In this document: piece after piece, positions 49,969-63,589 of the stretch
How the letters are laid out: every line of letters begins with the position of its first letter
Position numbering within the stretch: the stretch's first letter is position 1
Origin: Octopus bimaculoides
Lineage: Eukaryota
Reading direction: 5' to 3'
DNA: 64,000 nucleotides
Assembly: GCF_001194135.2 (NCBI RefSeq)
Contig: NC_068986.1
Location: 3,078,197 to 3,142,196, forward strand
The notes under the pieces: generated by a model
Databases searched by the model: none
Told to the model about the DNA's origin: nothing
Seen by the model: the letters and a program-made list of their open reading frames with translations, nothing else
Translations under genes and position numbers: made by a program

Positions 49969-50795
49969 CATTAAACCATCAGATAGGTTGCCTTGCAGCT
50001 CCTTGCATCCTGAGTTCAAATCTCACTGAAGGCAACATTGTCATTCATCATTTCCGGGGTCAGTAAATAAAATACCAATCCTGAGTGGTGAATTGATGGA
50101 ATTGGTGAAATGCCAGAAGAGAGACCCAGAAGTATCTGTTCTGACTCCTCACGTTCTTATGGCTGTGCCTACAGCAACACCAGTGCCATGTTGTATTAAT
50201 CCTCACATTTGGATAGCATTGGTAGTATGAAAAGAGGAAACTAAAGAAACCTTGCCTGAGACCATGTCCTAGAGTTCCCCTCCAACGTAAGTCCAGAGTC
50301 TGATAAGATTTATTGAGGGCCCTGAAATAGACCTTAGATAAATCACATTTTTAGTTTACTTTAATTTAAGTGAGTTGGAGTATTTTCCATTTTAAGGTTG
50401 GTTCAAGGAAGCAGCTACAAGAGTATACATAACACTCCATAGATTCATGCAAAGGCCCTTACATTTCCTAATATGGTCATCTAATTCATGTTAATTAGAT
50501 TTTAAAAATCTAAGAAGCAGGTAAGAAATCAGATGTAGATTCCTCTCTGTATTGTAATCATTAGCTTTTATGTCTAGTTTTCCATGTCAGCATGGGTTAA
50601 ATGAATATGTATAGAGGCATTGTTGTACAACCAAATGCCTTAACTGTTTCTCATATAATGGATTTGACTTTATTTTATTTGTCATTGACAGTACAGAGCT
50701 ATGGGATGATCTGTTAAACAAGGAATGTCAACAAACATCCCCATTTTTAACTCAACAGTTTTTGATGCGAGAATGCAGAATGTAAACATATACAT

Positions 50796-50852
<57 letters not shown>

Positions 50853-52679
50853 TAGGCTCTCATACATTTTCTGTCCACCATTTTCAATTGGTAGGCATTC
50901 GTCAGCCCAAGGTTGCAATAGATGACATTTGCTCAAGTTGACATGCAGTGAGATGAAGCAAATTCCATATTGATGCAGCTATACCTGGGCTTATAATGTA
51001 ATATTGCAAATATTAAAAGATTCAGTTTCAGGCAAGATATTTTCATTTAATTTCTATAAAGCCTTGTCTCTCCAGTTCCATTCATTGAGATAGACAGATA
51101 GCAATCAACAGCAAGAATTGAGAACAAAATTTGTAGAAAATATGTTGGCAAATGAACAGATTAAACATTGGAGTGTGTATGTTTGAAGAAAATATTATAT
51201 GGAGCATGTAAAGAAAACAGTGGTTTCTTACTTCGTAGCAGATAGAGAGAACTATCTAACCTTGACTAACACATATAATTTTGATGCAATTGCTGGAAGA
51301 TGAAGTAAAAAGATTGCAGATCAGAAATAGCTTTCTTCCATAATATTAATATTGAGGACAATTATCCAAAAACATCTTGAGATTACTGCCAAATATTTTC
51401 GCTAGCCAGACACCAGCAGTAGTCTTCTCATATAAAAATATGATGATATCTCTCATGAAATATACAATTAAATTAATTTTGAAAATAAGAGGAAATTTAT
51501 ATCTAAATATGAATATTAGAAAATGAGAGGTTTTTTTAAGGGGTTCAAGGTATTTCAAATTAAAGAAGATTTCACAATTCTCTTTTCTGGATCTTGTTAT
51601 GATTTACAGAAGAAAGGCAGCCAACTGAGTCGGACTAAACGCATAGTGACATTTCTTTGATTCTACATTCTGAGGTCAAATTCCACCGAGGTCAACTTTG
51701 CCTTTCATCCTTTTGAGGTCAAGAAATGTAGTACTAGGGTTGATGTAATCGGTTTATCCCCTCCCCTCAAAATTGTTGGCCTAGTACCAAACATAGAAAG
51801 GAATACGATCTACAGTTTGCTTGACATCGTTTTAGATATAGAGGAACTGATAAAAAGAAGTTATGAAGTGATGTCGAATTTTCTTTAAGCAGTCTTCATT
51901 TCCAGACAGCTGATAAGTTCCAGCAAGAGTTTTGTTGATTTAGGATTCAATACAATGATAAAAGAACGATGATGTGAACAACTTAATCTTATTCAGTCAA
52001 CCTGAGTAGTTTTTTTCTCTCATATACAAACAACAGGGAAGTAATGAGCCAACAAAGAAGTCTTTACACAGTTGCTGGCTATAATAGAAATAGCAGTTAA
52101 AATTTCCCTCAAAATCATATCCTACCATTTAAAGAAACAAAAACGAAGCAATATTAGACACAGCATGTTCAATGCAAAAGTGAAAGAAAATGTGATGCTA
52201 TTGGTAGGAATGTCTTTGATTATAGGATCTTCAATCAAGAATGGCCTAGGGTTAAATAATAATAATAACAACAACAACAATAGCAGGATTAAGAAGTTAT
52301 ATTTAAACTTGAAGATCTTATAATTATTATTTAATCTCTATATCAAATATTGATAATGTTTCTCAAATCATCCAAACAAGAAGGAATTTGTGGATTCTGG
52401 GATTGTTGTCTGTGAGAATAGATAACATTTTGAAAGACCAGCACAATTTGCAGAAAATTTCTGTCAAGTGGTAATGATTCTATGACCAACGTTTTATAAT
52501 CGTTGGTTTCATTCAGTTCGGTTTCTCAATATTCTACTGATGTGGATAAAACATCGATTAAATGAAAAGTAAAATATTTAAAAATAGAATCAAGTAGATC
52601 GCTGAAAGAAAAACATGGTGACAGGAACATTGCTCAACTAGTTCTTCTTTTTCAACTTCATCAAGCATATGTCGCATCT

Positions 52680-53350
52680 TAAGCCATGTGTGTGACTCAA
52701 GCTTCACCTCTCATGCAGCTGAAATGGGTTTCTTCCAAAAGATCTCTAGAGCAGTGTTACTTGAAAGGGTGTGTTGTTCAGAGATTAGGGAGTTTCTCCA
52801 GGTCAAGGCACGATTTCTCCACAATGAAAGGTCACAGCCCAAGTACTACTGACATGTGGTTAGAATGCCACAGGAAAGAATCACAAGATGAGCCAGCCAG
52901 CTGGAGACCTAAGCACAGACAATGAGTGAGATGGTTGGATAATATCCATAATCTCAATTGTGTGAGTGGAGGTACATGGCTTTGGTGGTTAGGGTGTTAG
53001 ACTCATGATCATATGTTTATGGTTTCGATTCCAGGACTGGGCGATGCATTGTATTCTTGAGCAAAACACTTCATTTCACATTGCTCCAGTCCATTCAACT
53101 GGCAAAAACAAGTAATCCTGCAATTGACCTGTGTCCCATCCAGGTGCAGAAGATATATACCGACAAACCAACCCTTGTAAGTGGGCATGACTCGAGAAGA
53201 TAACTTACGTGTTTTTTATAGTTTCAATTGGTTCCACTTGGGAACAGAGCAGGAGAGTGTAATGATGGTTACTTCTGCTAGGATCCTATGGAGGAGGTGC
53301 CTGAAGTCTCTACCCTCAACTCTCCTGGATGGTGAAAATGGCTGGATGGA
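52680..53350 (+). mobile_element. RTE LINE 3' remnant interrupted by a family C SINE (52972-53200)
   Basis: Both flanks align collinearly to 1310-1670. Confidence 0.65.
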
Positions 53351-54928
53351 TAAGCTATGACCTTCGTTTCATGTTTGCTTTTGAATAGTTTCAGCTATTT
53401 CAAATTTTAATAAAACCTACTTCTTGAAGGCAGTCAATTATTTAGGGGTGATCCATGAATTCACTTTCACCCTATCCCCCACCTCCAATATGTAATGTTT
53501 GTAAAGGGCAGGCTGATTTACATGCAGATCAACAGTTAAAGTATGTTTTACTGTCTTTTAAATAGTGGTGACTGCAATACAGATGACCAAGATGGTCTCA
53601 ATTAACAAGTGATAAACTCAATACCTTAGAATTAAGTGGTTGGCAGTTCAGCACTAAATTTGGGTTTAGTGTGACAATTGGCATCAAAGAATGTACTTTA
53701 GTTACCTGTAGGATTTGTTTGCTTACATTAGATTGGAAAGAAATGGGGTTTCTAAAATGGGGTAGCAATACTGATATGGTGTGTTGTGAATGTAGTTTAA
53801 GTGTTTGTAAATACGTAACCATAGTTACAGGGATTATAACAGCTGAACTAGACTGCAAAGACATGAACTCAATCCGGTAGAATGGTTAGCTGTGGGAATG
53901 GCATTCTCCAACAGTAAAATAGTTGGTCCTGCAACATATGTAAATTTTTAAAAAATGTCATTGTGAAAAAATGTATAAAATTGGAAAAAAATTCAATAAT
54001 AATGAAATAGTCCTTGAGCTCTCAGATATGAAATATTAACTCTTTTGCCGGTCAGGAGCCAGTCTAATAGAACTAAATAACACTCCAGATAAATATTTAC
54101 ATTACACAACAAAAGGAAAAAAATAAACATATGCACATTCCTCCATACTAAATACAGACTCACAAATATTTTGAATCAGATAACTGAATCATTAATTCAA
54201 ATCCTGTAGCCAAGGGTTTTGGACAGAAGTTGTATGATTAAAGAGATTAGGCTAGAACTGGAGACAAGGACATGAAGTTGAATCACTCTACAAATAGCAG
54301 CCCCCACCCAACAATCTCCGAATCCAAAAAGAATTTATTATATTTGTTTTTCAGCATAGAATAGTATTATTAATATAATACTATTTCAATATATGTTATT
54401 GTTGTTTTCTTTTATGCCTTGATTGCAGTCATCTTTTTGGAACCAAGTCTACTGAGACTATGTGTTGAGTCTTGTCAGAGAGAGATACACAACAATTTGT
54501 AATGGACACTAGAGTTAAGACATGATTTGCAATGATATTTGTTGCTGTGATCTCTTTGCTATGTTTCTACTGAAGGGTTCAAGTACTCTGTAGAAGGGCT
54601 ATACATATATGTACATATACATATATATACCCATATACAGGTATATATATGTATATGTATAGTTTTTGGCGAGTATGTGGGTGAGCATGTGTGTGTGTTT
54701 CAAGCATGAAACACACACATGCTCACCCACGAGGGTGGTTTAATGGATACATAAAGGCGAATGTACGGATTGGTGCGCTTGCACGAACACTATAGACTTA
54801 TCTACTCCCTTGCCTTTACACCCTCCCCTTACTTAGCGGTCTATAGCTCTTTTATCTTAATAACGGTCAACCACACAGTAATTTCCCTTTGTTTAACGGT
54901 CATTTTTCACAGGAATTTCCAATGGCCG

Positions 54929-54989
54929 GATAACTGAAGAGATGTTGGCGTGGGTTCCCACCCCGGCATTGGAAAATTGGAGTTTTATC
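54929..54989 (+). ncRNA. Type I hammerhead-like motif inside a (TA)-flanked element (~54600-55087)
   Basis: gataa-CTGAAGA-gatgttgg[...]ccggcatt-g-GAAAA-ttgga-GTT-ttatc: 5-bp stem I, 8-bp stem II with GU pairs. C15.2 is replaced by A and there is one extra G. Confidence 0.45.
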
Positions 54990-55453
54990 ATGGCTACCGA
55001 ATAAGTATCGCATATTTTTACAGATAAATACCTCTATTTACATAATATGAAGGTCTCTTTCTTTTGTTGTCCTTCCTGTCAAATATANNNNNNNNNNAAA
55101 TAAATAAATACAAATATATATGAGAGTATTGTAGTTCACTTGAAGCATTGTGTATTGTTTGTAAAGAATAAAAAGTTTTGAATGGTACAACAATGCACTA
55201 TATTACAAAACATGTGTCAATGTAATAGGCCGAGTTGTGTTGGTATTTGGTACAAAGCCACTGGAATTTAAGCAGGCAGAATTGTTAGCATGCAGGACAA
55301 AACGTTTGCTGGTATTTTGCCTGTCACTACATTCTGAGTTCAAATTCTGCCAAAGTTGACTTTACTTTTCATCCTTTCAGGTTCAATAAAATAAGGACCA
55401 GTTGAACACTTTGGCTCCCCCAAAATTGCTGCCCTTGTGGCAAAATTTGAAAC

Positions 55454-55486
<33 letters not shown>

Positions 55487-57474
55487 GTTTTTTTTTGTGT
55501 AACATATTTCTTTACGAGTGGCTGTGTGGTAAGCAGCTAGCTTACTAACCACATGTGTTTGTCCTCTCAACATCGCTTGACAACCGATGGTGGTGTGTTT
55601 ACGTCACCGTAACTTAGCGGTTCGGCAAAAGAGACTGATAGAATAAGTCTAGGGGTCGATTTGCTCAACTAAAGGCGGTGCTCCAGCACGGCCGCAGTCA
55701 AATGACTGAAAGAAGCAAAAGAGTAAAGAGTATCCACTGATCAATTATATTTTCTGTCCTAACTCTTATTACAATAGCCTCATGTAAGTCATGTGGTGGA
55801 CTTCATCCAAACCCCAGTTTAACATCACCACCCAGCTGTTGGATTGCTTTAAAAGAATTCATGTTGCATTCATTAGAATTAGCTCTCCAGTTTGAATATA
55901 ACTTCCTCTCTCTCCACTACTTTGTCACACAGGCCTTGAAACGGATCACTCACTACCCTTCTGTCTCTGACTAAGCTATAAAAATAAAAAACAAGAAAAA
56001 TATAGTTATAGAGGCATAGAGAAACCCTGTTTATAAAAGGCAGTAATTTTTTAAACAAATACACTCGGTATAATCCCTGGTTCTAATACTGAGACATGCA
56101 GTGTCTTCCGTTCTTTGCTTAGTTAACCACACGGTCTTCAGTTCTATGTCACTGTGCAACACCTAGGGCGTGTGTGTGTGTGTGTGTGCACGTGTACTTG
56201 TGTGTGGGTGTTTAGATTGTATATGCCTCATGAAAGCATTGATCTAAATAAAAATCAGAGATGTATGTTGACATTCCCTGCCAAAACAAAAACAAAAAAA
56301 CACTTCTAGCACTATGCTTAAAGATGAATGGAATAATAAAATCCCTTACTTGTAACACAGGCAAAGACTAATGGCAAAAAGGGCATCCAATTATAAAACA
56401 AGGCCTCAATAATAGGTATTCATCCAACCCATGTGATCATTGTAAAATAGATGTAAAAGCAAACAAATGAATCATAATACACTCAACATTCAAAGTACTT
56501 ACCAACATCAAAATTTCCACCTTATTCTCCCTAAACCCAGCAATTACAACAACCATAAACTTTTTCTTCCTTTCCTCCTGGAATTCCCTATCTGTATACC
56601 CCAATCCAATTACTAATCATTATCAATTAAAATATCAAACTATTAACTATTTGTTAACCTCACCCATCTTCTGCCTCTCTAATCTAAGCAGCCCTCATTA
56701 GGCTTAATAGGACTTCATGCTATACAACAAACTAACGACTCACACTCAATCTGCTTCTAATTTATTCATCTCATCTTGCTATCAAACTTGTATGCCCTCA
56801 TGTACTTGCAGGATGCCTACATGTGAAATAACTTCAACACAGATTTTAAGATAACCATACAGAAAATGTAGATAACATAGTTTTCAAAGAATGTCAGTTG
56901 TTTTCATTTTACACAATAGAAGTCACTGCTTCATCCTCTCTACATTTATAATATCTTTACTTCATATTATATCCCTAAATAAGCTTGTGGGAAGATCTCT
57001 CTTAAGATATATCTTCATTATCAGGAACCTCATGACTGACTTCCCATCCCCACCACTTTTATCCTGGCCTAGATTCAATGTCATACATTTTGACAACACA
57101 CACACACACATTTGAATGTGTGTGTGTGTGTGTGTTTGTGTACACGCCTCTATGTGAGTGTCGGGTAGGGTGTTAGCAGAAGTAAACAGAAAAGGAATGT
57201 AATAAAATGTGCAACAAAGCTTTAAACCTAAAATCATATGAAACGGGATTAAATACAAGACTAGATGCCATGATCCATAAAAGGAAATTATGAATGGCTA
57301 TCAATAAAAGAGTCGTTATAAGGAAGTGACTTGCAAAAAAACAAAAAAAAAAATCCTACATTGAAACTTAGTGACATATGTAATAGTAAAATACTAGACC
57401 CATTAAAATAGTGCCTCAGTATAGCTACAAGCTAATGACTGAAGCCAGCTAAAGACAAAATGAATAGCTATCTT

Positions 57475-57518
<44 letters not shown>

Positions 57519-57775
57519 NNNNNNNNNNNNNNNNNNNNNNNNNNNNNNNNNNNNNNNNNNNNNNNNNNNNNNNNNNNNNNNNNNNNNNNNNNNNNNNNNN
57601 NNNNNNNNNNNNNNNNNNNNNNNNNNNNNNNNNNNNNNNNNNNNNNNNNNNNNNNNNNNNNNNNNNNNNNNNNNNNNNNNNNNNNNNNNNNNNNNNNNNN
57701 NNNNNNNNNNNNNNNNNNNNNNNNNNNNNNNNNNNNNNNNNNNNNNNNNNNNNNNNNNNNNNNNNNNNNNNNNNN

Positions 57776-57812
<37 letters not shown>

Positions 57813-59779
57813 ATATAATGATTTATATTTCTACACATTTCATCATCATCATCGTTTAAACGTCCACTTTCCATACTAGCATGGGTTGGACGATTTGACT
57901 GAGGACTGGCGAACCGGATGGCTACACCAGGCTCCAATCTGATTTGGCAGAGTATCTACAGCTGGATGCTCTTCCTAACGCCAACCACTCCGAGAGTGTA
58001 GTGGGTGCTTTTACGTGCCACCAGCACAAAGGTCAGTCAGGTGGTACTGGCAATGGCCATGCTCGAAATGGTGTATTGATGGTGTGCTGGCAGAATTGTT
58101 AGCACACTGGGCAATATGCTTAGTGGCATTTCACCTGTCCTTACATTCAGGGTTCAAATTCTGCCACAGTCAACCTTGCCTTTCATCCTTTGGGATTCAA
58201 TAAAATAAGTATCAGTCAAGCACTGGGGTTGACATAATCCAAGTACTCTAGCCCATGAAATTTCTGGCCTTGTGCCAAAATTTGAAACCAATATTCATAT
58301 AAAATGTATATGGACCTGTGTTATTCAGCTGTTTGATCTACTGGATTAGCATCTAAGTGGCTGAGTATTTCATGGACACATATACATTAATATAATCAGT
58401 GTCTCATATTGTACGACAAGGCTGTTCCGTTGAATTACAGATACAATCCATCCAACAGGCTTTTGCACAGTTCCATCTGTCCAATTTTATGCACAAGACT
58501 CAAGTGAACCCAAGACAATGGTAAAACACTTATCAAAGATATAACACACTGGGATTGAACCCAAAACTTCATGATTGCAAACCAAGCTCCTTAACCATTC
58601 AACCATTCATATACTGATTTATTTATCCACACAATGAAGAAAAAAATTTAAAACAATTGGGATGCAAACATTGACAATTAACTTTTTAATTAACTGTTAT
58701 TAATATGTTATCTAGCCCAATATTGTATTCAACACTAATCAGTGTTTTGTCATGTTCACAGTACATATTGTTTAGCCCAAGGTTAGATCTGACTGAGTAG
58801 AGTTCTGATCAAAGGCATTCCAGCCATGACAATCCTGTTTTTGAAGGGTGTGTAAGATAACATTATCAAGCTCAGTGGTTCTCAGACTGGTAAATATCAG
58901 CCTTCACTATCTCAAAAAATAATATTTGCAAAGCTTTTTGACTCCCCACCCACCTCTTTATTAATGAAAAGATGAAATAGAGTTTGCATCTATACTATTC
59001 TTCTTTCTTCACTAATGTTGTCCCATTTTAAAAAAGCTTAAAGTTACCTTAATTTTATTAAATATGGCAACCTGAATCTCCTTTTCATTCCTCATAGAGC
59101 TCCTTCTATGTGAAACACTGATCAAATACATCCTCTCCTTTTCCAAGACAGTAAGATAGGATCTGAAGTAAGTTTGGCTCCTATTTCTAGCTGGTCGAGT
59201 AACTAACATAGAAGCTCAGAGTAGATGAAAGCTAAAACCTATTTCGCTTACATAAAATAATAATGGTGAAGGCCTGATATCAAACTGAACGAAATAGTTT
59301 TGACATTTAATTTTGACATAGAAGGAAAAACAAAAAAAAAAAAAATACTTCCAACATAACTGAATGAATAACAGAGAAATTAATGTTTCTAAATTGCAGC
59401 AGTATTTAAGGGAATTCTATGATTTGTAAAAGACAAAACAAATTTGTCCATTACAAACAGGCTTATCTATGATATAAACTATGGAACAATTCAGAAGGAA
59501 CTGTCAGAAATCATTTAAAGAAAATAGATTATATCATTATGGTGTTAGAAAGGGCATCCAGTCATTCATAGAAACGATGCCAAAGAAGACACTGGAGCAC
59601 AATGTAGTCTTTAGATCCATCAGGTCCTGTTAAACCATCCCAATCCAGGTCAACATCGAACATAGATGTTAAATCATAATGATGTGATTTAATTAAGAAC
59701 GCATTTGAGAATGAAAACAAACGATATTAAAACTAATCTTGTATTCTGTACTCTGTCATTGATTCAAAGGAAAATGAAT

Positions 59780-60625
59780 TATTGGGTCATCCCATAAATA
59801 ATATGTTTTTTTTCAAAATTAAAATAAACAAAGCTCTTTTTTAATCTGAAATATACTCTCCTTCATTTTCTACAATGCTCTTCCATCTTTCTGGTAGACT
59901 TGCAGGCCCCCCCCCTCCAAAATTCACTTGTCTGTGATGAAAAATACTCCTTCTGAACTGTTCTGACCTCACCTACAGAATTCATATTTTTTCCGTCCAA
60001 ATGATTGTGAAGATTGCGGAATAAATGATAATCAGATAGAACAATGTCCACCAAATACAGTGGGTGGGACATCGTTTCCCATTCAAACTGCTCCAACCTT
60101 TAAGAATGTCATCCTTGCTGCATGTAGCTGAGCATTATGCTGATGGAAGAACACCTTTCGTCTTGACTCTGAAGACGGCCATTTTTCTTCTAACACTGAC
60201 TTAAGCCGCTTAAGCCAATCTCCTTTGTTATCGTTTGGTTTGGGTTTAAAAGTTCAAAGTGGACTAAACCTTTCATATCCCACCAAACAGATAACAACAC
60301 CATACGTAGGTGAAGACCTTTAACCTGGGGGGGGGGGTGTCTCTCCCTTTCCTACCTCTATAAAAATGTCTTCGGCGCTTGACATTTTTATAGAGAACCC
60401 ATTTCTCGTCACTAATCACCAGTCCAAAAAGGGTTCATTCATGATACGGAACAGCAAAGAAGAACACACATTCACTCTCTACATGCAAATAGACTCAGAA
60501 AGTTTGTGAGGAACTCATTGACCAAATTTGCTGACTTTTCTAATGGCACACAGGTGCCATTAGAATGTCGATGAATGGTTGAATGACCAAATCCAAGCTT
60601 CTTTGCTGGTTCCTCAACAGTTATA
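59780..60625 (-). mobile_element. Decayed mariner transposon (DDD transposase) with one candidate TIR
   Basis: Remnants TVEEPAKKLGFGHSTIHRH, *VPHKLSE (WVPHEL), NEPFLD, and HPLYLVDIVLSDYHLFRNLHNHL (HPPYSPDLAPSDYHLF). TA-TTGGGTCATCCCATAAATAAT at 59780-59802 resembles a mariner TIR; its partner was not found. Confidence 0.85.
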
Positions 60626-60629
60626 ATAC

Positions 60630-60965
60630 ATAAACATCATACACTGAGCTGTTCATCCAGTTACCTCACTAGGAACAGGACATCTGTGCTTCTGTGTCCT
60701 GGTACAAACTTGAGTAGCATTTCATCAAAGTAAACTCTCTTCCCAATCACCTGCTGTAGCTCCAGTTATTTTCATAATTTCGTTCATGTCTGATACCTCT
60801 GTTTCTTTCTAAAGCATTCTTAAGACTTATGTTTTGCCAAAGGATCTTCAAATTTCCATGCTTCCTTTCTCCAAATTTTCTCAGAGTCTGGCTTAGCTCT
60901 TTTAAGGTCAGAGGTCACTAGTCTATATTGGGTTCAATATTCTTCACTGAGACAGGAGTTAGTAT
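60630..60965 (-). mobile_element. Internally deleted RTE LINE fragment abutting the mariner
   Basis: Translates QYRLVTSDL...WKFEDP and FDEMLLKFVPGHRSTDVLFLVR, similar to RTE QHRLVVSDF and DEMQFGFVPG..TTDAIFLVR. Confidence 0.6.
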
Positions 60966-61332
60966 TCACATCTGCATAAATAATAACAGTATGCTTTCTC
61001 TAATTTTAAAAATTTGAGGAAAAAAAATTCTGAAAGTGTGACAAACAGGAAAAAGAAATAAATGATCGCTTCAAAAATGTTTTTTGTTTAAAACTATAAA
61101 AATGAGTCTGGATAAGTTAAGTTCAAAAACAAGATTATATCAAACTGATTATTTGGATTTCCCTGTCTTTTCATTTATGTTCATGAATAGTGAGTGAATT
61201 TATTCTGCGCACATCATGATCTTGACATGTTTTATTTATTCATTTTAACACAGTTCAGTGCTAGAGTTCACTAAATATAGAAAAATCTGGAATTATAAGT
61301 TGCTGACAGTGAAGCCATTCAGATGAGCGAAG

Positions 61333-61382
61333 CATTAATTAATAGTTACATTAATTAATAGTTACATTAATTAATAGTTACA
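61333..61382. repeat. 16-bp tandem repeat x3 (cattaattaatagtta)
   Basis: Read directly from the sequence; perfect copies. Confidence 0.95.
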
Positions 61383-62853
61383 GCTTTCACAAATCCTCAG
61401 AAAGGAAGGGGAAAAAAATTAGACACATGATAAAAAGAAGTGGGTAGAGAATTAAGCAGTCTATTGTAAAAATGGTGACAATTAATATTAAGGAAATTGT
61501 TTACCAAGAAAGCTGACACATTACATAGGCTTTATGCAATGTAAGACAGAACACTGAACATACATAGGTCAGTCAAATCAGTACCTTAAAGTTTTAAGTA
61601 TCTATTAGGTAATTACTAAACTGAATAGCTTATAATAAATGTTTATTGTCACATGAGTAAATAAAGAAAAGATGAAAAAAACTTGGGAAGTTCTGTTTAA
61701 TATGAAATAAAAACATCTGGAAGCTGTTTTTTTTAAATATATTTTTATTTATTTATTATTTTTATATATAATAAATTATTTCAGGCATGTGCAACATACA
61801 TGTCTGAAAATATTTTTTTTGAGTTAGTAAAGTTGTCGCCACCACCACCACCACCACCACCTATCATCATTTTATGTCTGTTTTAGCACACTGACATATG
61901 TTGGACAGGTCATTTCAACTGTTTGCATCTGAGTTATTTTTCACACTCAGCAGCGATAGAAACTGAGCAACTTAGGTGGCACGTAAAATACACCATTTCG
62001 AGCATGGCCATTGCCAGTACTGCCTGACTGGCCTTCGTGCCGGTGGCACGTAAAAGCACCCACTACACTCTCGGAGTGGTTGGCGTTAGGAAGGGCATCC
62101 AGCTGTAGAAACTCTGCCAAATCAGATTGGAGCCTGGTGTAGCCATCTGGTTCGCCAGTCCTCAGTCAAATCGTCCAACCCATGCTAGCATGGAAAGCAG
62201 ACGTTAAACGATGATGATGATGATGATGAACTAGATGCGTTTTATGCAACTGACAGAAGAAAGGCTGTCCCACACAGGAGGACTAAACAGAACTCTGCAT
62301 CAGTCCTTATTCACAGTTATTTCTTCCCTCCAAGACAAGTAGCCAGCAATGCAACTTGTGGAGTCAATGTCTTACACATTCTGATTTTCTAATGGTAAGA
62401 TTTCCACAGTTAGATAACTTTCCATTATCAACCCTTCTAGAGAGTTTCATGGATTCATTTAATTGTGCTAAAAGAGATTATCCCATCCAAGTGGACTAAA
62501 GAGTACCTCTTTACCTATTATTAATTCTCATTTGAAATTATTATCCACCTAAACAAGTTGCTTGTATTGAGTCTTATGGAGTCTCTGTCTCCTGTACTAA
62601 CACTATTTTACAGCTGAATGTACTTATTCAGAAGCACTGTCACTCTAAAGGGTTTACACACATAGTATAGTTTCCTAAAGCACAGTGGGGTAACAGTTGT
62701 CTCCATTATGTATGTAAAGAAAAGAACCTACAATACAATTGGGTATGAAGCTATTTTCATGACATAGACCAAGGGATATTAGTTATCAAGTGAGTTTATC
62801 ACCCTATGCTGAAGTCAGCCAGGCATATTTTCACACTGTTAGGTTCTACAGCC

Positions 62854-62943
62854 TAATATAGTACCTCATTCTCACCTATAGATTAATATAGTACCTCATT
62901 CTCACCTATAGATTAATATAGTACCTCATTCTCACCTATAGAT
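62854..62943. repeat. 30-bp tandem repeat x3 (taatatagtacctcattctcacctatagat)
   Basis: Read directly from the sequence; three perfect copies with no spacers. Confidence 0.95.
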
Positions 62944-63589
62944 TAAAAAAAAAAGCAAGAAAGGTATGAGGTATTAAATATATTTAACCAAATAAAAATG
63001 GGTTACCAGTGTTAATTGGAGGCTGTCTGTATGATGTAGGTAATGGGTGAGGTACAAAGCTAAATTATGAAGGGGATATCTCCATGATTGCAGGTAGAGG
63101 GGGTGCTATTAAAAGATACTGCCTCAACAAATTAGAATTAGTCTACACATGCATGTGTATGCGCACGTGCATGTGTGTGTGTATGTATGTACATACGTAT
63201 ACGCATGTATGTCGAAGATCAGGAAACTATTTTCAGTATAAATGACAGTATTAAAAGTGAAATCGTATACATAGATTACATGTAATGAAATTAACATGGT
63301 TCTTCCAGACTTCTATGAGGCTCGTAAACTGAGCCTCATTTCTATTTGAAACTACCTACTGCTGTTTTTTTTTTTTCTACTTCTAACTAACACACTCCTG
63401 TCTCTTTTAAATGCCGCCATTAATTTCATGAATCATTTTAATGTGAAACTTCTTTCCCTCATCATTCCCTATGTCCCCACTTCCCTTATTCATGTTTCAC
63501 TATTCCTATTTCAGACTGTCCTCACAGAAAAGTATGTTTCTCTGCCTTAGACAAAAATCTTTATCTTTTCTTTGTTTCAGTTATTAGAC

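Noticed and set aside
11852-57937. Long ORFs of the track containing X runs or YI/CV/HT/ER/poly-M,H,I repeats
   Set aside because: They are translations of N gaps and microsatellites.
62854-62943. 30-bp repeats as a CRISPR-like array
   Set aside because: No spacers, and the context is eukaryotic.
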